From an uncultured Anaerolineaceae bacterium (lineage in GTDB: Bacteria > Chloroflexota > Limnocylindria > Limnocylindrales > CSP1-4), in NCBI GenBank assembly GCA_964529245.1, contig CAZGUS010000001.1, forward strand, positions 6,617 to 70,616: DNA of 64,000 nt, written 5' to 3'. Shown one piece after another: positions 36,445-47,985 of this stretch. Both the position numbers and the translations under genes were made by a program. Numbering within the stretch: the stretch's first letter is position 1; every line of letters starts with the position of its first letter. The notes below the pieces were generated by a model. That model saw only the letters and a list, made by a program, of their open reading frames with translations, ran no database searches and had not been told where the DNA came from.

Positions 36445-37059
36445 ATGTTCGGCAGAATTCTCGGCCACAAGGAGAAGCTCGAACAGCAGCTCGCGCAGGA
36501 GGGCGGGGTCGTCGCGTGGGCGACGTTCAGCGACGTCGGCGCCGGATGGTCGAGTGCGAGCATGAACGGCTTCAATCAGGTCACTTCGCAGACCGACCAC
36601 GTAAAGGTCACTCTCATGGTTCAGCCGGACAACGGCGAGCCGTTCGAGGCGTCGTTCGGCCAGGCTTTCTCGGGCCGGCGCCCGTTCAAGGGCTGGCAGT
36701 GCAAGGTCATCTACGACCCCAACGATCGGTCGCGAATCGCGGTCCTGGAGGACTCGATCACGCCGCCCGGGATCGACCACGCGAAGGCGGAGCACGCGGC
36801 GGAAATGCGGAGCGAGGCGATGGCGGCGGCGTCCAGCGGCCACATGGCGGAATACATCGAATCTATGAAGGCGCGTGCACAGGCCGGCGAACTGGGCGGC
36901 GTGACGATCGTCGGTGGTCAAGTGATCTCGCCGGGAGCTCCCGCCTCCAAGCCGGACATCGCCGACCAGCTGACGAAGCTCGACGCGCTTCGCGCCAGGG
37001 GCGTGCTGACGGACGCCGAGTTCGCGGCGCAGAAGGCGAAGCTGCTCGCCGAGAGCTGA
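36445..37059 (+). CDS. Hypothetical protein with a C-terminal SHOCT domain
   Basis: C-terminal DQLTKLDALRARGVLTDAEFAAQKAKLL fits the SHOCT consensus. The N-terminal domain is unknown. Confidence 0.6.
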   Translation: MFGRILGHKEKLEQQLAQEGGVVAWATFSDVGAGWSSASMNGFNQVTSQTDHVKVTLMVQPDNGEPFEASFGQAFSGRRPFKGWQCKVIYDPNDRSRIAVLEDSITPPGIDHAKAEHAAEMRSEAMAAASSGHMAEYIESMKARAQAGELGGVTIVGGQVISPGAPASKPDIADQLTKLDALRARGVLTDAEFAAQKAKLLAES

Positions 37060-37112
37060 GCGCCGCGAGTCCTGCGGGCCGTGCCGATCTGCTACCGGAC
37101 CGGCGCGAGGGC

Positions 37113-37952
37113 TCAGCCGGCTGCGACCGCGGTTCCGGCAGCGCCGGCTTCGGCTCGGTCCGCCGCGGCGATTGGCGGCATCGCGGCGAGGGTGGCCGAG
37201 ACACCGCCGATGCGATCGGTTATCACCGCTGCCGCGGCACGGGCGCGATCCACGAGTTCGGGCACTCGGCTCGGCGTGATCCTGGTTCCAACGCCGCGGA
37301 CTTCTAGGGCGGCCACGACGGCGGCTCGCTGGTCGTAGACGGGCACCGCGATGGCGTTCACGGCTGGGTCGTGCTCGCCGAACGCCGTCGAGAAGCCGCG
37401 CTTTCGGACCCGGGCCAGCTCTTCGAGGAGGAGGTCGACGCGAACGATCGTGTGCGAGGTGTACGGGATGAACATCGTCTTCGACAGCCGGATGACTTCG
37501 CGCTCCGGCTGGTTGGCCAGCAGGACCTTGCCCGGCGCGGTCGCGTGCAGCGGCGCGTTGCGGCCCGACCTGTCGCGGCGCGTCCCGGACGCGTCGGAGT
37601 AGGCGATCGTCAGGACGCTGTCGTCTTCGAGGATGTCGAGGGAGATCGTCTCGTGGACGGCTCGGGCCAGCGACTCGAGCTCCGCAATGGCGATGGCCCG
37701 CAGGTCCAGCGCTCTCTCGGCGTGCCGGCCCAGGCGGACGACCGCCAGCCCAAGCCGATACTTGCTCGAGCCGTCGCTCTGCTCCACGAGCCCGCTCTTC
37801 TGGAGAGTGGAGAGCAACCGCGACGCGGTCGACTTGTGGAGGTCGAGCCGGCGGGCGAGTTCGATGACCCCAGCTTCTCCATCCATCTCGCCGAGCGCGA
37901 TCAGAAGCGACGCCGCTCGATCGACCGATCGAACGAGGTTCCGGTCGTACAT
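37113..37952 (-). CDS. IclR-family transcriptional regulator
   Basis: N-terminal HTH (LDLHKSTASRLLSTL) and a C-terminal IclR effector domain. Confidence 0.8.
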   Translation of the reverse strand: MYDRNLVRSVDRAASLLIALGEMDGEAGVIELARRLDLHKSTASRLLSTLQKSGLVEQSDGSSKYRLGLAVVRLGRHAERALDLRAIAIAELESLARAVHETISLDILEDDSVLTIAYSDASGTRRDRSGRNAPLHATAPGKVLLANQPEREVIRLSKTMFIPYTSHTIVRVDLLLEELARVRKRGFSTAFGEHDPAVNAIAVPVYDQRAAVVAALEVRGVGTRITPSRVPELVDRARAAAAVITDRIGGVSATLAAMPPIAAADRAEAGAAGTAVAAG

Positions 37953-38045
37953 CGTTTGCCTCCTCGAAACCGATAGGGAAGCCTGCGGTTGCCTGCCGCT
38001 CCGGCAGTCTGCCGCCGCTGCGGGCGGGCGTCATTACGGTCCGTA

Positions 38046-39413
38046 ATGACTCGGGCTGCCCGAATCTCCGACAGTTCCCGAAGCCCGCGCTCAGGGCTGT
38101 GCGACTATCCGAAAGCCTTGACCACACAACCGCCCCTTTCGTCCTCGGCGCTGCTCGCCGCCGCCATATTCCTGGTGGCGATCGGCCTGGTCATCGCTCG
38201 ACCCTGGCGCCTGACCGAGGCGACTGCCGCGCTGATCGGCGCGGGGGCCATGGTTCTGGTCGGCCTCGTGTCGCCCGGCGGCGCGGCGTCGGACGTCGCC
38301 GGCCACTGGAACGTCCTGCTCTTCTTCGTCGGCCTGACCGGAGCGGCGGCCGTGGCTCAGCGGAGCGGCCTCTTCGAGGCGCTGGCCGGCACGTCCGCCC
38401 GGCTGTCGGCCGGGAGTCCGCGTCGACTCCTCGTCGCGGTCGTTGCCGCCGGAGCCGTAGTCGCGGCTTTCCTGTCCAACGACGCGGCGGCGCTGGTGTT
38501 GACGCCGGTCGTCTACGTGCTCGTGGCCAGGTTCGGGCTATCGCCGCTTCCTTACGTGCTCGCCTGCACCTTCGTTGCCGACGCCGCGTCCATCGCGCTT
38601 CCGGTGAGCAACCCGGTGAACGTGATCGTCAGCGACCGCCTCGGAGTCAGCGCGGCCGGCCTCGTTCCGGTTCTGCTTCCTGCGGCGATCGCTTCCGTGC
38701 TCGCGCTGCTCGGCTGCCTGTTCGTAATCTACCGCCGCCAGCTGCCGGCCCGCGCGCCGCTCGTGCCTGCGGCGGAATCGTGGGCCGCGTGGTCCGGCGT
38801 TCCGCGGCGGCTCCTGGTGGCGTGCGGGATTGCGGTAGCGGCCTTCGCCGTCGCTTCGGCGCTGAACCTGCCGCTCGGGCCGACGATGGCGGCGGTGTGG
38901 CTGCTCCTGCTCGGCGTCGAGTGGACCGGCCGACGTCCCGATCGGCTGCTCGACGGCATCGGCTGGTCGCTGCTGGTCTTCGTGGCCTCGATGGGAGTCC
39001 TGGTGGACGGGCTCTCGTCCGCTGGGATAACCGCCTGGCTCGCTCAGATCGTCCTTGGTCAGGTGCGCGACTCGCCGGCGGCGGTCATGGTCGTGACCGC
39101 CTTCGCCGCCGCCGTCGGCGCGAACCTGGTCAACAACCTGCCGGCGGCGTTCGTATTCGCGGACGCGGTGCACGGCGCCGGGCTGAGCGCGGCCAGTGCC
39201 CATGCCGCCGCCATCGGGACCATCATCGGGGCGGACCTGGGGCCAAACTTGACGCCGGTCGGCTCGGTCGCCACGCTCCTGTGGTTCGTGCTCCTGCGCC
39301 AGCGGGGCCTTGAGGTGTCAACGTGGAGCTACATCCGGATCGGGCTCATCGTGACCCCGGTCACCATCCTCGCGGCGCTCGGAGTTGCGCTGCTGCTGGG
39401 AGTGCAAGGGTGA
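38046..39413 (+). CDS. ArsB/NhaD-superfamily permease
   Basis: About 11 TM helices and an SNPVN-containing loop. The start is uncertain (ATG 38046 or TTG 38118). Confidence 0.6.
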   Translation: MTRAARISDSSRSPRSGLCDYPKALTTQPPLSSSALLAAAIFLVAIGLVIARPWRLTEATAALIGAGAMVLVGLVSPGGAASDVAGHWNVLLFFVGLTGAAAVAQRSGLFEALAGTSARLSAGSPRRLLVAVVAAGAVVAAFLSNDAAALVLTPVVYVLVARFGLSPLPYVLACTFVADAASIALPVSNPVNVIVSDRLGVSAAGLVPVLLPAAIASVLALLGCLFVIYRRQLPARAPLVPAAESWAAWSGVPRRLLVACGIAVAAFAVASALNLPLGPTMAAVWLLLLGVEWTGRRPDRLLDGIGWSLLVFVASMGVLVDGLSSAGITAWLAQIVLGQVRDSPAAVMVVTAFAAAVGANLVNNLPAAFVFADAVHGAGLSAASAHAAAIGTIIGADLGPNLTPVGSVATLLWFVLLRQRGLEVSTWSYIRIGLIVTPVTILAALGVALLLGVQG

Positions 39414-39420
39414 GTCGATC

Positions 39421-39921
39421 ATGAGCGCGACTCGGAGGTTTCTCGTGGCCGTCGCCGGGACGGAGGACGCGTCCCTGCCGGAGCAAGCCGCGCGGGTCGT
39501 GGGAGCCGGTGAGCCGGCGATCGAAGTCACGCTCTTCCACGTCTCGGAGACCGGCCCGCGCGAGCTGGCGACCTATCAGCCGGCGCTCCGGCGTGGGCCA
39601 TGGCCGCTGCCGAAGCGCGACGCGACCGAGCGCCACCTCGCGGAAGCGGACGCCACGGAAGCCGACTCGCTACTGGCCGTATGGCACGAGCGATTCGCGG
39701 CAGTCCTGCCGGGCGCCGAAATCGCACACCTGGCCGCGACCGGCCGCCCGGAGCAGGAAATCGTCGCCGCTGCCGCTCGGCTGAAGGTAGACGCCGTGAT
39801 CCTGTGCGCCCGCCCCCGGACGGGCCCGACCGAGCCCGGGCCCAGAAGCGTCGGTCATGTGGCTCGCTTCGTCGTGGATCACTCGCCGGTGCCGGTTCTG
39901 CTCATCAGGCGCACCAGCTGA
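39421..39921 (+). CDS. Universal stress protein (UspA family)
   Basis: FLVAVAG...VDAVILCARPR...GSVGHVARFVVDHSPVPVLLI. RBS GGGTGAG. Confidence 0.7.
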   Translation: MSATRRFLVAVAGTEDASLPEQAARVVGAGEPAIEVTLFHVSETGPRELATYQPALRRGPWPLPKRDATERHLAEADATEADSLLAVWHERFAAVLPGAEIAHLAATGRPEQEIVAAAARLKVDAVILCARPRTGPTEPGPRSVGHVARFVVDHSPVPVLLIRRTS

Positions 39922-40033
39922 TCGAATGCCGGGACGCCCGGCCATCGTCTGACCCTTTGGTGGCAGACTTCGGGCCCCGTCCATCTCGGCCGGTCGAGGC
40001 CGGGACTTCGAAGCACCGCAAAGGAGGCCAGAC

Positions 40034-40813
40034 GTGGCGGAAACCAAGGCTCCGGCCGTCACCAAGCCCATCTGGATCGACCTGTCGAGCTCCGACCCAG
40101 CGGCGTCCCGGCTGTTCTACGCCGGGCTGTTCGGCTGGCAGGTCGAGGTCAACCCCGATCCCCAGTACGGCGGCTACGCGCTGGCCAAGATCGGCGGCAA
40201 GGACGTGGCCGGCATCGGCCCCAAGATGATGGCCGAGGCGCCGACAGCCTGGTCTGTCTACGTCTGGACGCCGGACGCCGAGGCCCTGGCGAAGAAGGTC
40301 CAGGCGGCCGGCGGGAAGGTGGTCGCCCCGCCTATGCAGGTCGGCGAGCAAGGCAAGATGGCCGTCTTCCAGGATCCGTCCGGCGCGTACATCTCGGCCT
40401 GGCAGCCGGCGATGATGGCGGGCGGATTGACCGATGGGCAGCCCGGCAGCTTCGGCTGGGCCGAGCTCAACTCGCGCGGACTGGACAAGGCGGTCCCGTT
40501 CTACGCCGCCGTGTTCGGCTGGCAGACCAGGACCAGTCCCATGGGCGAGGGCATGCCGCCCTACACGGAGTTCCTGGTGGGTGACCACAGCGTCGCCGGC
40601 GGCCAGGAAATGAACCCCATGGTTCCGGCTCAGGTGCCCAGCTACTGGCTGGTCTACTTCGCCGTCGAAGACGTGGACGCCTCATTCAAGAAGGCAATCG
40701 CGGCAGGCGCGCGCGAGATGCTGGCTCCGATGGACTTCCCGGGCGGCCGCTTCGCAATCCTGGGCGACCCTCAGGGCGCGAGCTTCGGCCTGCTCAAGAC
40801 GGCCGCGCGGTAG
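40034..40813 (+). CDS. VOC-family protein (tandem glyoxalase/bleomycin-resistance folds)
   Basis: Two repeated halves (IWIDLSS...GLFGWQV and WAELNS...AVFGWQT). GTG start. Confidence 0.75.
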   Translation: MAETKAPAVTKPIWIDLSSSDPAASRLFYAGLFGWQVEVNPDPQYGGYALAKIGGKDVAGIGPKMMAEAPTAWSVYVWTPDAEALAKKVQAAGGKVVAPPMQVGEQGKMAVFQDPSGAYISAWQPAMMAGGLTDGQPGSFGWAELNSRGLDKAVPFYAAVFGWQTRTSPMGEGMPPYTEFLVGDHSVAGGQEMNPMVPAQVPSYWLVYFAVEDVDASFKKAIAAGAREMLAPMDFPGGRFAILGDPQGASFGLLKTAAR

Positions 40814-40983
40814 GGAGCCTTCGCCCGCGCCCGACGGGACGGGCGGCATTCGCCGCGCATGCCGGTCTCGGATGCGCGAGTATTCGCGCGGGATCGGAGA
40901 CGCGCAGTCGACGTTCCACTGCTCATCGCGCCTCGATCCGTTTCGGCTTCGTTCGGTCGTCCACGTCAGCGAGGAGACAATCG

Positions 40984-41442
40984 ATGAGCGTCACGTTCGT
41001 GCACGTCCCCCATCCTCACATCGCCATGCGCAAGAAGTCGGGACCGCCCCAGACCACGGACGAGCACGTGGGGTTCAACGGCAAGGTCGCCCTGGGCCTG
41101 ACCACCGTCGTGGGAACGATGTGGTGCGCCTATGCCTTCGCGCTTCTGGCGCTCGTGGCGCTTCCGTCCGCCCTCGGCCAGGGCACACTGCTCGCCGATG
41201 TCTCGTGGCTGAGCCAGACGTTCATCCAGCTGGTCATGTTGTCGGTCATCATGGTCGGCCAGAACATCCTGTCCCGAGCGTCGGACAAGCGGGCGCAGAT
41301 GACCTACGAGGACGCCGACGCGACCTTCCACGAGGCGTCGCAGATTCAGGAGCATCTGGTCGCGCAGGACAACGCCATAAACGAGTTGCTGGACAAGATC
41401 GCGAAGCTCGAGGCCGCCCTGATCAAGGCCAAGCTGGCCTGA
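40984..41442 (+). CDS. DUF1003-family membrane protein
   Basis: Two TM helices followed by VGQNILSRASDKRAQ...LLDKIAKLE, which fits DUF1003. RBS GAGGAGA. Confidence 0.6.
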   Translation: MSVTFVHVPHPHIAMRKKSGPPQTTDEHVGFNGKVALGLTTVVGTMWCAYAFALLALVALPSALGQGTLLADVSWLSQTFIQLVMLSVIMVGQNILSRASDKRAQMTYEDADATFHEASQIQEHLVAQDNAINELLDKIAKLEAALIKAKLA

Positions 41443-41486
41443 TCCGGGCGCCATTGGACCGGCCGACAGCGGACGAAGCCGGGAGA

Positions 41487-41528
41487 CCCGAGAGCCGAGG
41501 CGGGAGGAGTCGCGCTTCGGCTCTCGGG
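41487..41528. terminator. Bidirectional hairpin between convergent genes
   Basis: CCCGAGAGCCGA ... TCGGCTCTCGGG 12-bp perfect stem with an 18-nt loop. Confidence 0.5.
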
Positions 41529-41543
41529 ACACGGAGTTGTGAA

Positions 41544-42832
<1,289 letters not shown>

Positions 42833-42836
<4 letters not shown>

Positions 42837-43837
42837 GCTTCCACCGCCTGACGCCGATTCCAGATCAGGTATGGCACAACGACTATGGCGATGATGACGA
42901 GCATCACGATGGCCACTGCTGCCCCTTTGCCGAATTCACCGTCACGGAACGTGGTCTGCCACATGAACAGGGCCGGCGTGTCGGTCGCGAAGCCCGGTCC
43001 GGACCCCGACATGGCCACGGTCAGGTCGTAGATCTTCAGGCTGATGTGACCGAGGATGATCATCGCCGACAGCGTGATCGGCGTGAGCAACGGGAATGTC
43101 ACGTGGCGGAAGACCCGGAATTCGCTGGCTCCATCGACGCGGGCGGCCTCTTTGATCTCCTCCGGTATGGCCCGCAGACCTGCCAGGTAGAGGATCATCA
43201 CGAAGCCGGACATCTGCCAGACCGCGGCCAGAACGATCGACAGCAGGGCAACGGGAATGCCGATGTTTGGGCTGGTGATGAATCCAAGGCCGATGTCATG
43301 GAGAACCTTTCCGGCGGGGCTGTCGGGTGCCAGCTGCAGAACCTGCGGATCGGTCAGCCACTTGAACGTCGCGGGATCCAGCCCGAGTAGCTGGTTGACG
43401 CCGTTGGGCGCGGCAGCGGTCGGGCCGACTGCGGGCTGCCCCGGCGAGAGGATCCACTTCCAGACGACGCCCGTCACGATGAAGCTGACTGCCATGGGGA
43501 AGACGATGATGCTCCGGAAGAGTCCCTCCGCCCGGATGCGGCGATCGATGAAGTTGGCCAGCAGCAGACCGATGACCAGCGATGCTCCGATGAAGAAGAT
43601 CGTGAACACGACCGTGTTCCTGATATCCATGAGGAAACGGTTGTTCGCGAAGATGGACATGTAGTTCGCCAGGCCGACCGGCGAATAGTCCGGGCGGAGC
43701 GTGTCCCACTTGACGGTCGAGATGTATCCCGTCCAGAAGATGAGTCCGTAGACGAAGATCGCCACCGCCAGGATCGACGGCGCGATGACGGCCAAAGAGA
43801 GGACTCGATCGCGGCTTGGTTTCATGGTCCGCTGCAT
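42833..43837 (-). CDS. Carbohydrate ABC transporter permease (MalF/UgpA type)
   Basis: Six TM helices and an EAA loop LAGLRAIPEEIKEAARVDGA. The listed ORF extends upstream into an Arg-rich non-coding frame. Start chosen at 43837. Confidence 0.75.
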
Positions 43838-43907
43838 TTCCTGGGAGAAAGGGAAAAGTGGAGGGGGCGAACTGGTCGCCCCCTCCTTGGATGGCCGGTT
43901 GGTCAGA

Positions 43908-45251
43908 CTACTTGCAGACGCCCGCGTCCTTGCAGGCCTGAACGAGAGCGGCCTGAAGGGTGGCCACGTTCGGGTTCGCAACGAATGACGTGACGGCCGT
44001 CTCCCACGCGCCCTTCCACTTCGGAGACGCGGCCGCGCCGTGCTCGAGGCTCGGGACGATCGCGTCGGCCTTCCACTCGCCCATGGCCCACTTCTGGTAC
44101 GGGCTGTACTGCTTCGCACTGGCGGGCGGGTTGCCGGCGGTGGTGTTGGCCGGGATGGAACCCTTGTACGGGTTGAAGATGTCCTGGCCGGCGGCGGACC
44201 CGAGGAGGGTCAGGAACATCTTGACGCCGGCCTTGTTGACTGCCTTCGACGGCAGGCCGAACGAGTCGGCCAGCGTGTCGTAGATCTTGTCGGTGCCGGG
44301 GGCGGCGATCCAGCCGTAGTCGGCGAAGCCCTTGTTGTCGAACTCACCGGCGGCCCAGTCGCCCATGAGGGTCATGGCGGCCTTGGGCTGAGCGCCCGCG
44401 CTGGCCGGGATCAGATAGTCGGCCGCCTGGTCCCAGGTAAGGGACGAGTGGTCGGTGTTGGTGTAGGTCAGGACCTTGGCGTAGAGGTTCAGGGCGTCGG
44501 TGACCTTGGACGAGGTCCAATCGGTCGAGCCCGTCCAGAGGCCGTTGTACCCGTCAGCGCCGAGGGTGCTGATGAGGATCGACTCCAGGATCATGCCCGT
44601 GGCCCAGATGCCGTTGTCGCCGACTGCCAGCGGGGTGATGCCCTTGGCCTTGAGCGCGTCGGCAGCGGTGAAGAACTGGTCCCAGGTCGTGGGCGGGGTC
44701 AGGTTGTTGGCCGTGAAGACGGTCTTGTTGTACCAGAGGACGTTGGCGCGGTGGATGTCCAGCGGAACGCTGTAGTAGTGCAGCGTGCCCGCGGAGTCCT
44801 TGGCGCTGACGATATTGAGAACGCCCTGGGGGAACTGCGTCGTCCAGCCGTTGGCGGCGTAGAGATCGTCCAGGTTGTCCATGTAGCCGGGCGTGACATA
44901 GGTGTCGAGCAGCTCATGGCCCATGTGGACCTGGAAGCTATCGGGCGGGTTGCCGTTCAGAACGCGGTTCTGGAGGGCCGCCTGGGCGTTGGAGCCGGCG
45001 CCGCCGGCGATGGCGCTGTTGGTGACCTTCAGCGTGGGGTTGTCCTGGTTGAACTTGTCGATGATGGCGTTGAAGCCGCTGGCCTCACCGCCGGTCGTCC
45101 ACCACGAGACGACCTCGATGTTCGTCACGCCCGCGGCGGACGAAGCGCCGCTCGAGCCGGCGGGCGCCGGGGTCGACGAGCTGGAGCATGCGGAAGCCAC
45201 AAGAGCGGTGACGGAAATCACGGCGAGAATCCGCCGCGACGGGAGATTCAC
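43908..45251 (-). CDS. Sugar ABC transporter substrate-binding lipoprotein
   Basis: Signal peptide and lipobox RRILAVISVTALVASAC. SBP family 1 fold. The GTG at 45251 is preceded by GGAGGAGG. Confidence 0.8.
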   Translation of the reverse strand: MNLPSRRILAVISVTALVASACSSSSTPAPAGSSGASSAAGVTNIEVVSWWTTGGEASGFNAIIDKFNQDNPTLKVTNSAIAGGAGSNAQAALQNRVLNGNPPDSFQVHMGHELLDTYVTPGYMDNLDDLYAANGWTTQFPQGVLNIVSAKDSAGTLHYYSVPLDIHRANVLWYNKTVFTANNLTPPTTWDQFFTAADALKAKGITPLAVGDNGIWATGMILESILISTLGADGYNGLWTGSTDWTSSKVTDALNLYAKVLTYTNTDHSSLTWDQAADYLIPASAGAQPKAAMTLMGDWAAGEFDNKGFADYGWIAAPGTDKIYDTLADSFGLPSKAVNKAGVKMFLTLLGSAAGQDIFNPYKGSIPANTTAGNPPASAKQYSPYQKWAMGEWKADAIVPSLEHGAAASPKWKGAWETAVTSFVANPNVATLQAALVQACKDAGVCK

Positions 45252-45563
45252 AGGTACCTCCTCCTGGAGTTGAACACGCCGGTGGCGCCATCGGACCGAG
45301 TCGGACGACCCCATCGGACTGGTAGGTGGGTCTGGCAGGCGCGGTGGAAAACCTGGCTCCCCCGGCCCTGCGGGCCGGACCAGGCGACCGCCTCCCTCAC
45401 CCAGCTCTGGTCTTCACTCACCTCCTCCAAGCGTGAGCCCCAAGGCCTGGCGCTACTCAGGACGGTCCGGGCGCGACCGCCCTTCGGTCGATCAGACGCG
45501 GGCCACCCGGTTTCTGGCTGTTACGGGCGCCGCGGAACTGTTCCATGGCACGCTAGCGGACGC

Positions 45564-45577
45564 TGATAACGTTGTCA
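45564..45577. promoter_or_regulatory. Candidate LacI-family operator TGATAACGTTGTCA
   Basis: 14-bp palindrome (12 of 14 symmetric, CG centre) in the divergent ABC/lacI intergenic region. Confidence 0.45.
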
Positions 45578-45603
45578 ACCCAATCCGCCCGAACACCAAA
45601 CGC

Positions 45604-45615
45604 TCGAATATTCGA
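45604..45615. promoter_or_regulatory. Second palindrome TCGAATATTCGA (candidate operator)
   Basis: Perfect 12-bp palindrome 27 bp downstream of the first, followed by the -35-like TTGACG at 45621. Confidence 0.35.
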
Positions 45616-45892
45616 ACGCGTTGACGGGAGGCCACCAACGGTTGAGACTATGGCAACGATGTCAGGAACGAGACCGTTATCCTGCGCGAAGTGCTCATGT
45701 GCGTGACCGAGCCGAGCGCAATCCGGGGGACCGGCAACGATGAGAGACAGGACTGACGGCGCCACCGACTCGCCTGCGGGCGAGGGTCGAGTTGTGCAGC
45801 CCGGGTCGCGGGCGAGGCCGACCCAGCGCAACAGCGAGGGCGCCGACGGCCGGAGCCAGGCCTTCTCGAACGGGCGGCCGGGTCAGGCCACG

Positions 45893-46885
45893 ATGCGCGA
45901 TGTCGCACTGGCCGCCGGCGCCAGCCTGAAGACCGTCTCCCGCGTGGTCAACAGCGAGCCCGGCGTTCGGCCCGAGATGCAGCGGCGCGTGGAGGAGGCG
46001 ATCGTCGCCCTGGGGTTCCACCGCAACGTGGTGGCTCACAGCCTTCGCACCGGCCACAGGATCGGCAGCATCGGGCTGATCGTCGCGGACCTGATGAACC
46101 CGTTCTACTCGGGCGTGGCAAAGGCGGTAGAGACGGTCGCGGCCCGCCACAACGCGGTGATCATCATCGGAAGCTCGGGCGAGAACGCGGCCCGGGAGCG
46201 GGAACTGGTCATGAACCTGCTTCACCGGCCCGTCGACGGATTGATCGTCGTGCCCGCGGGCAGCGATCACCGCTACCTGGAGCCCGAGCGGAGACGCGGC
46301 GCGCAAATCGTCTTCCTGGATCGGGGCGGGGGCAACATCGAGGCGGACGCCGTGGTCATCGACAACTTCGACGGCGCGAAACGGGCCGTCGAGCACCTGA
46401 TCATGTGCGGCCACACGCGGGTCGGCTTCATCGGCGACGCGGACACGGTCCAGACCGCGGTCGAGCGGCTGGAGGGCTACAAAGCCGCTCTCGCCGGCGC
46501 CGGCATCCCCTACGACCCCGAGCTGGTCCGGCTCGGCTCACCTGCCGTCGACATGGCGGAAACGGCCGCCGGCAAGCTGCTGGCCCTGGACGACCGGGCG
46601 ACGGCCATCTTCGCCGCCAACAACCGCCAGTGCGTCGGCGTCCTGCGCGCGATCAGGTCTTCGCAACTGGTCACCGCAGTGGTCGGCTTCGACGACTTCG
46701 AACTGGCCGACCTGCTGCCGGTGCCCGTTTCGGTCGTCGCGTACGACCCCGCCGAACTCGGTCGATCGTCGGCGGAGCTGCTCTTCGCGCGGATGGGCGG
46801 CGACACCAGGCCGCCCCAGCGGATCGTGATCCCGACTCACCTGATCCAGCGCGGATCGGGTGAGATCATGGCCGAGACGCCGTAG
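45893..46885 (+). CDS. LacI-family transcriptional repressor
   Basis: HTH MRDVALAAGASLKTVSRVVN and a periplasmic-binding-fold effector domain. It may start earlier (the ORF is open from 45740). Confidence 0.8.
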   Translation: MRDVALAAGASLKTVSRVVNSEPGVRPEMQRRVEEAIVALGFHRNVVAHSLRTGHRIGSIGLIVADLMNPFYSGVAKAVETVAARHNAVIIIGSSGENAARERELVMNLLHRPVDGLIVVPAGSDHRYLEPERRRGAQIVFLDRGGGNIEADAVVIDNFDGAKRAVEHLIMCGHTRVGFIGDADTVQTAVERLEGYKAALAGAGIPYDPELVRLGSPAVDMAETAAGKLLALDDRATAIFAANNRQCVGVLRAIRSSQLVTAVVGFDDFELADLLPVPVSVVAYDPAELGRSSAELLFARMGGDTRPPQRIVIPTHLIQRGSGEIMAETP

Positions 46886-46956
46886 CCGGTCGCCGCTTTG
46901 ACCGAGGCTGCCACGGCGGCCGGGCGCGACCCGCGGGCGGCTCGAAAGGACGATAG

Positions 46957-47802
46957 ATGGCACTCCGCCACGGAGTCACCGAGCAGGATATAGCGCACTA
47001 CACGTGCCATCGGACGGCCGGGCCGGGGCCTCTCGACGGCACTGCCGGCGGGCCGGCATGGGACAAGGCGCCCCGCTCGCCGCGCTTCGTGGACATGGTC
47101 ACCGGAGAGCCCGGCTACTTCGACACGCGCGCTGCGGCCCTCTGGGACGACGAGAACCTGTACGTCGCGTTCTGGGTCGAGGAGCCCTTTCCGGAAGCGC
47201 ACATGACCAGCCGCGACGGGATCGTCTTCGCCGAGAACGACGTCGAGATATTCATCGACGGCGGCGACTGCTACTACGAGTTGGAGCTGAACGCGGCGAA
47301 CACTGTCTACGAAGTCTTCTTCGTCTGGCAGGATGCCTACCGCCGCGGTGGACGTTTCGACGTCCCGGAGTTCGACCTGCTCGAGCGGCACGCCCTGTCC
47401 TTCGCAGGCGACTACGACCGCCAGGCCGGCAGCTTCTGGCTGGGCACCCACCCTCGCGGCCCGCGCTGGGCTTTCCGCGAGTGGGACCTGCCGGGTCTGC
47501 GCACGGCCGTGCATGTCGACGGCAAGCTCAACGACCGGCTCGTCGTAAGCATAGGCTGGCGCGCCCAGGTCGTAATGCCCTGGCAAGGCATGAGCTGGCT
47601 TGCCAACGGTCGGTCGCTGCCGCCCCGGGACGGCGATGTCTGGCGCATCTTCTTCGGACGGTTCGAGAAGATGACGGCGGGCGGTGTCGAGGTGCAGCCG
47701 CATCCGGCCTGGTGCTGGAACAAACACGGCGTCATGGACACCCACCGGCCCGAGTGCTTCACGTACGTCCACTTCTCCGAGCGCGCCGTCGAAGAGCTGT
47801 AG
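46957..47802 (+). CDS. Carbohydrate-binding family 9-like (CBM9/DOMON-like) protein
   Basis: Aromatic-rich pattern (AAALWDDENLYVAFWVEEP...EIFIDGGDCYYELELNA) typical of stand-alone CBM9-like proteins. The assignment is tentative. Confidence 0.5.
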   Translation: MALRHGVTEQDIAHYTCHRTAGPGPLDGTAGGPAWDKAPRSPRFVDMVTGEPGYFDTRAAALWDDENLYVAFWVEEPFPEAHMTSRDGIVFAENDVEIFIDGGDCYYELELNAANTVYEVFFVWQDAYRRGGRFDVPEFDLLERHALSFAGDYDRQAGSFWLGTHPRGPRWAFREWDLPGLRTAVHVDGKLNDRLVVSIGWRAQVVMPWQGMSWLANGRSLPPRDGDVWRIFFGRFEKMTAGGVEVQPHPAWCWNKHGVMDTHRPECFTYVHFSERAVEEL

Positions 47803-47985
47803 GCAGTCGCTCCAGGCGGCCCGCGCCGGGCCGGCAAAGGCTTCGTCCGACCGTCTCGGATTGCGCGTTCCCTACCCGTTCTGGGCATGCGGCTTCACCT
47901 CGCCCGGATACTGTTCGCTGGTTGCGAACCGGACTTCTTTTGGCCGCCTGTCAACGCCAGAGGTGCCTGGGGCCCTCTTACAAGA

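Noticed and set aside
36121-38127. 668-aa minus-strand ORF covering the SHOCT gene and iclR region
   Set aside because: Out of frame with iclR, which has a clear HTH and effector domain. Composition is Arg/Pro-biased.
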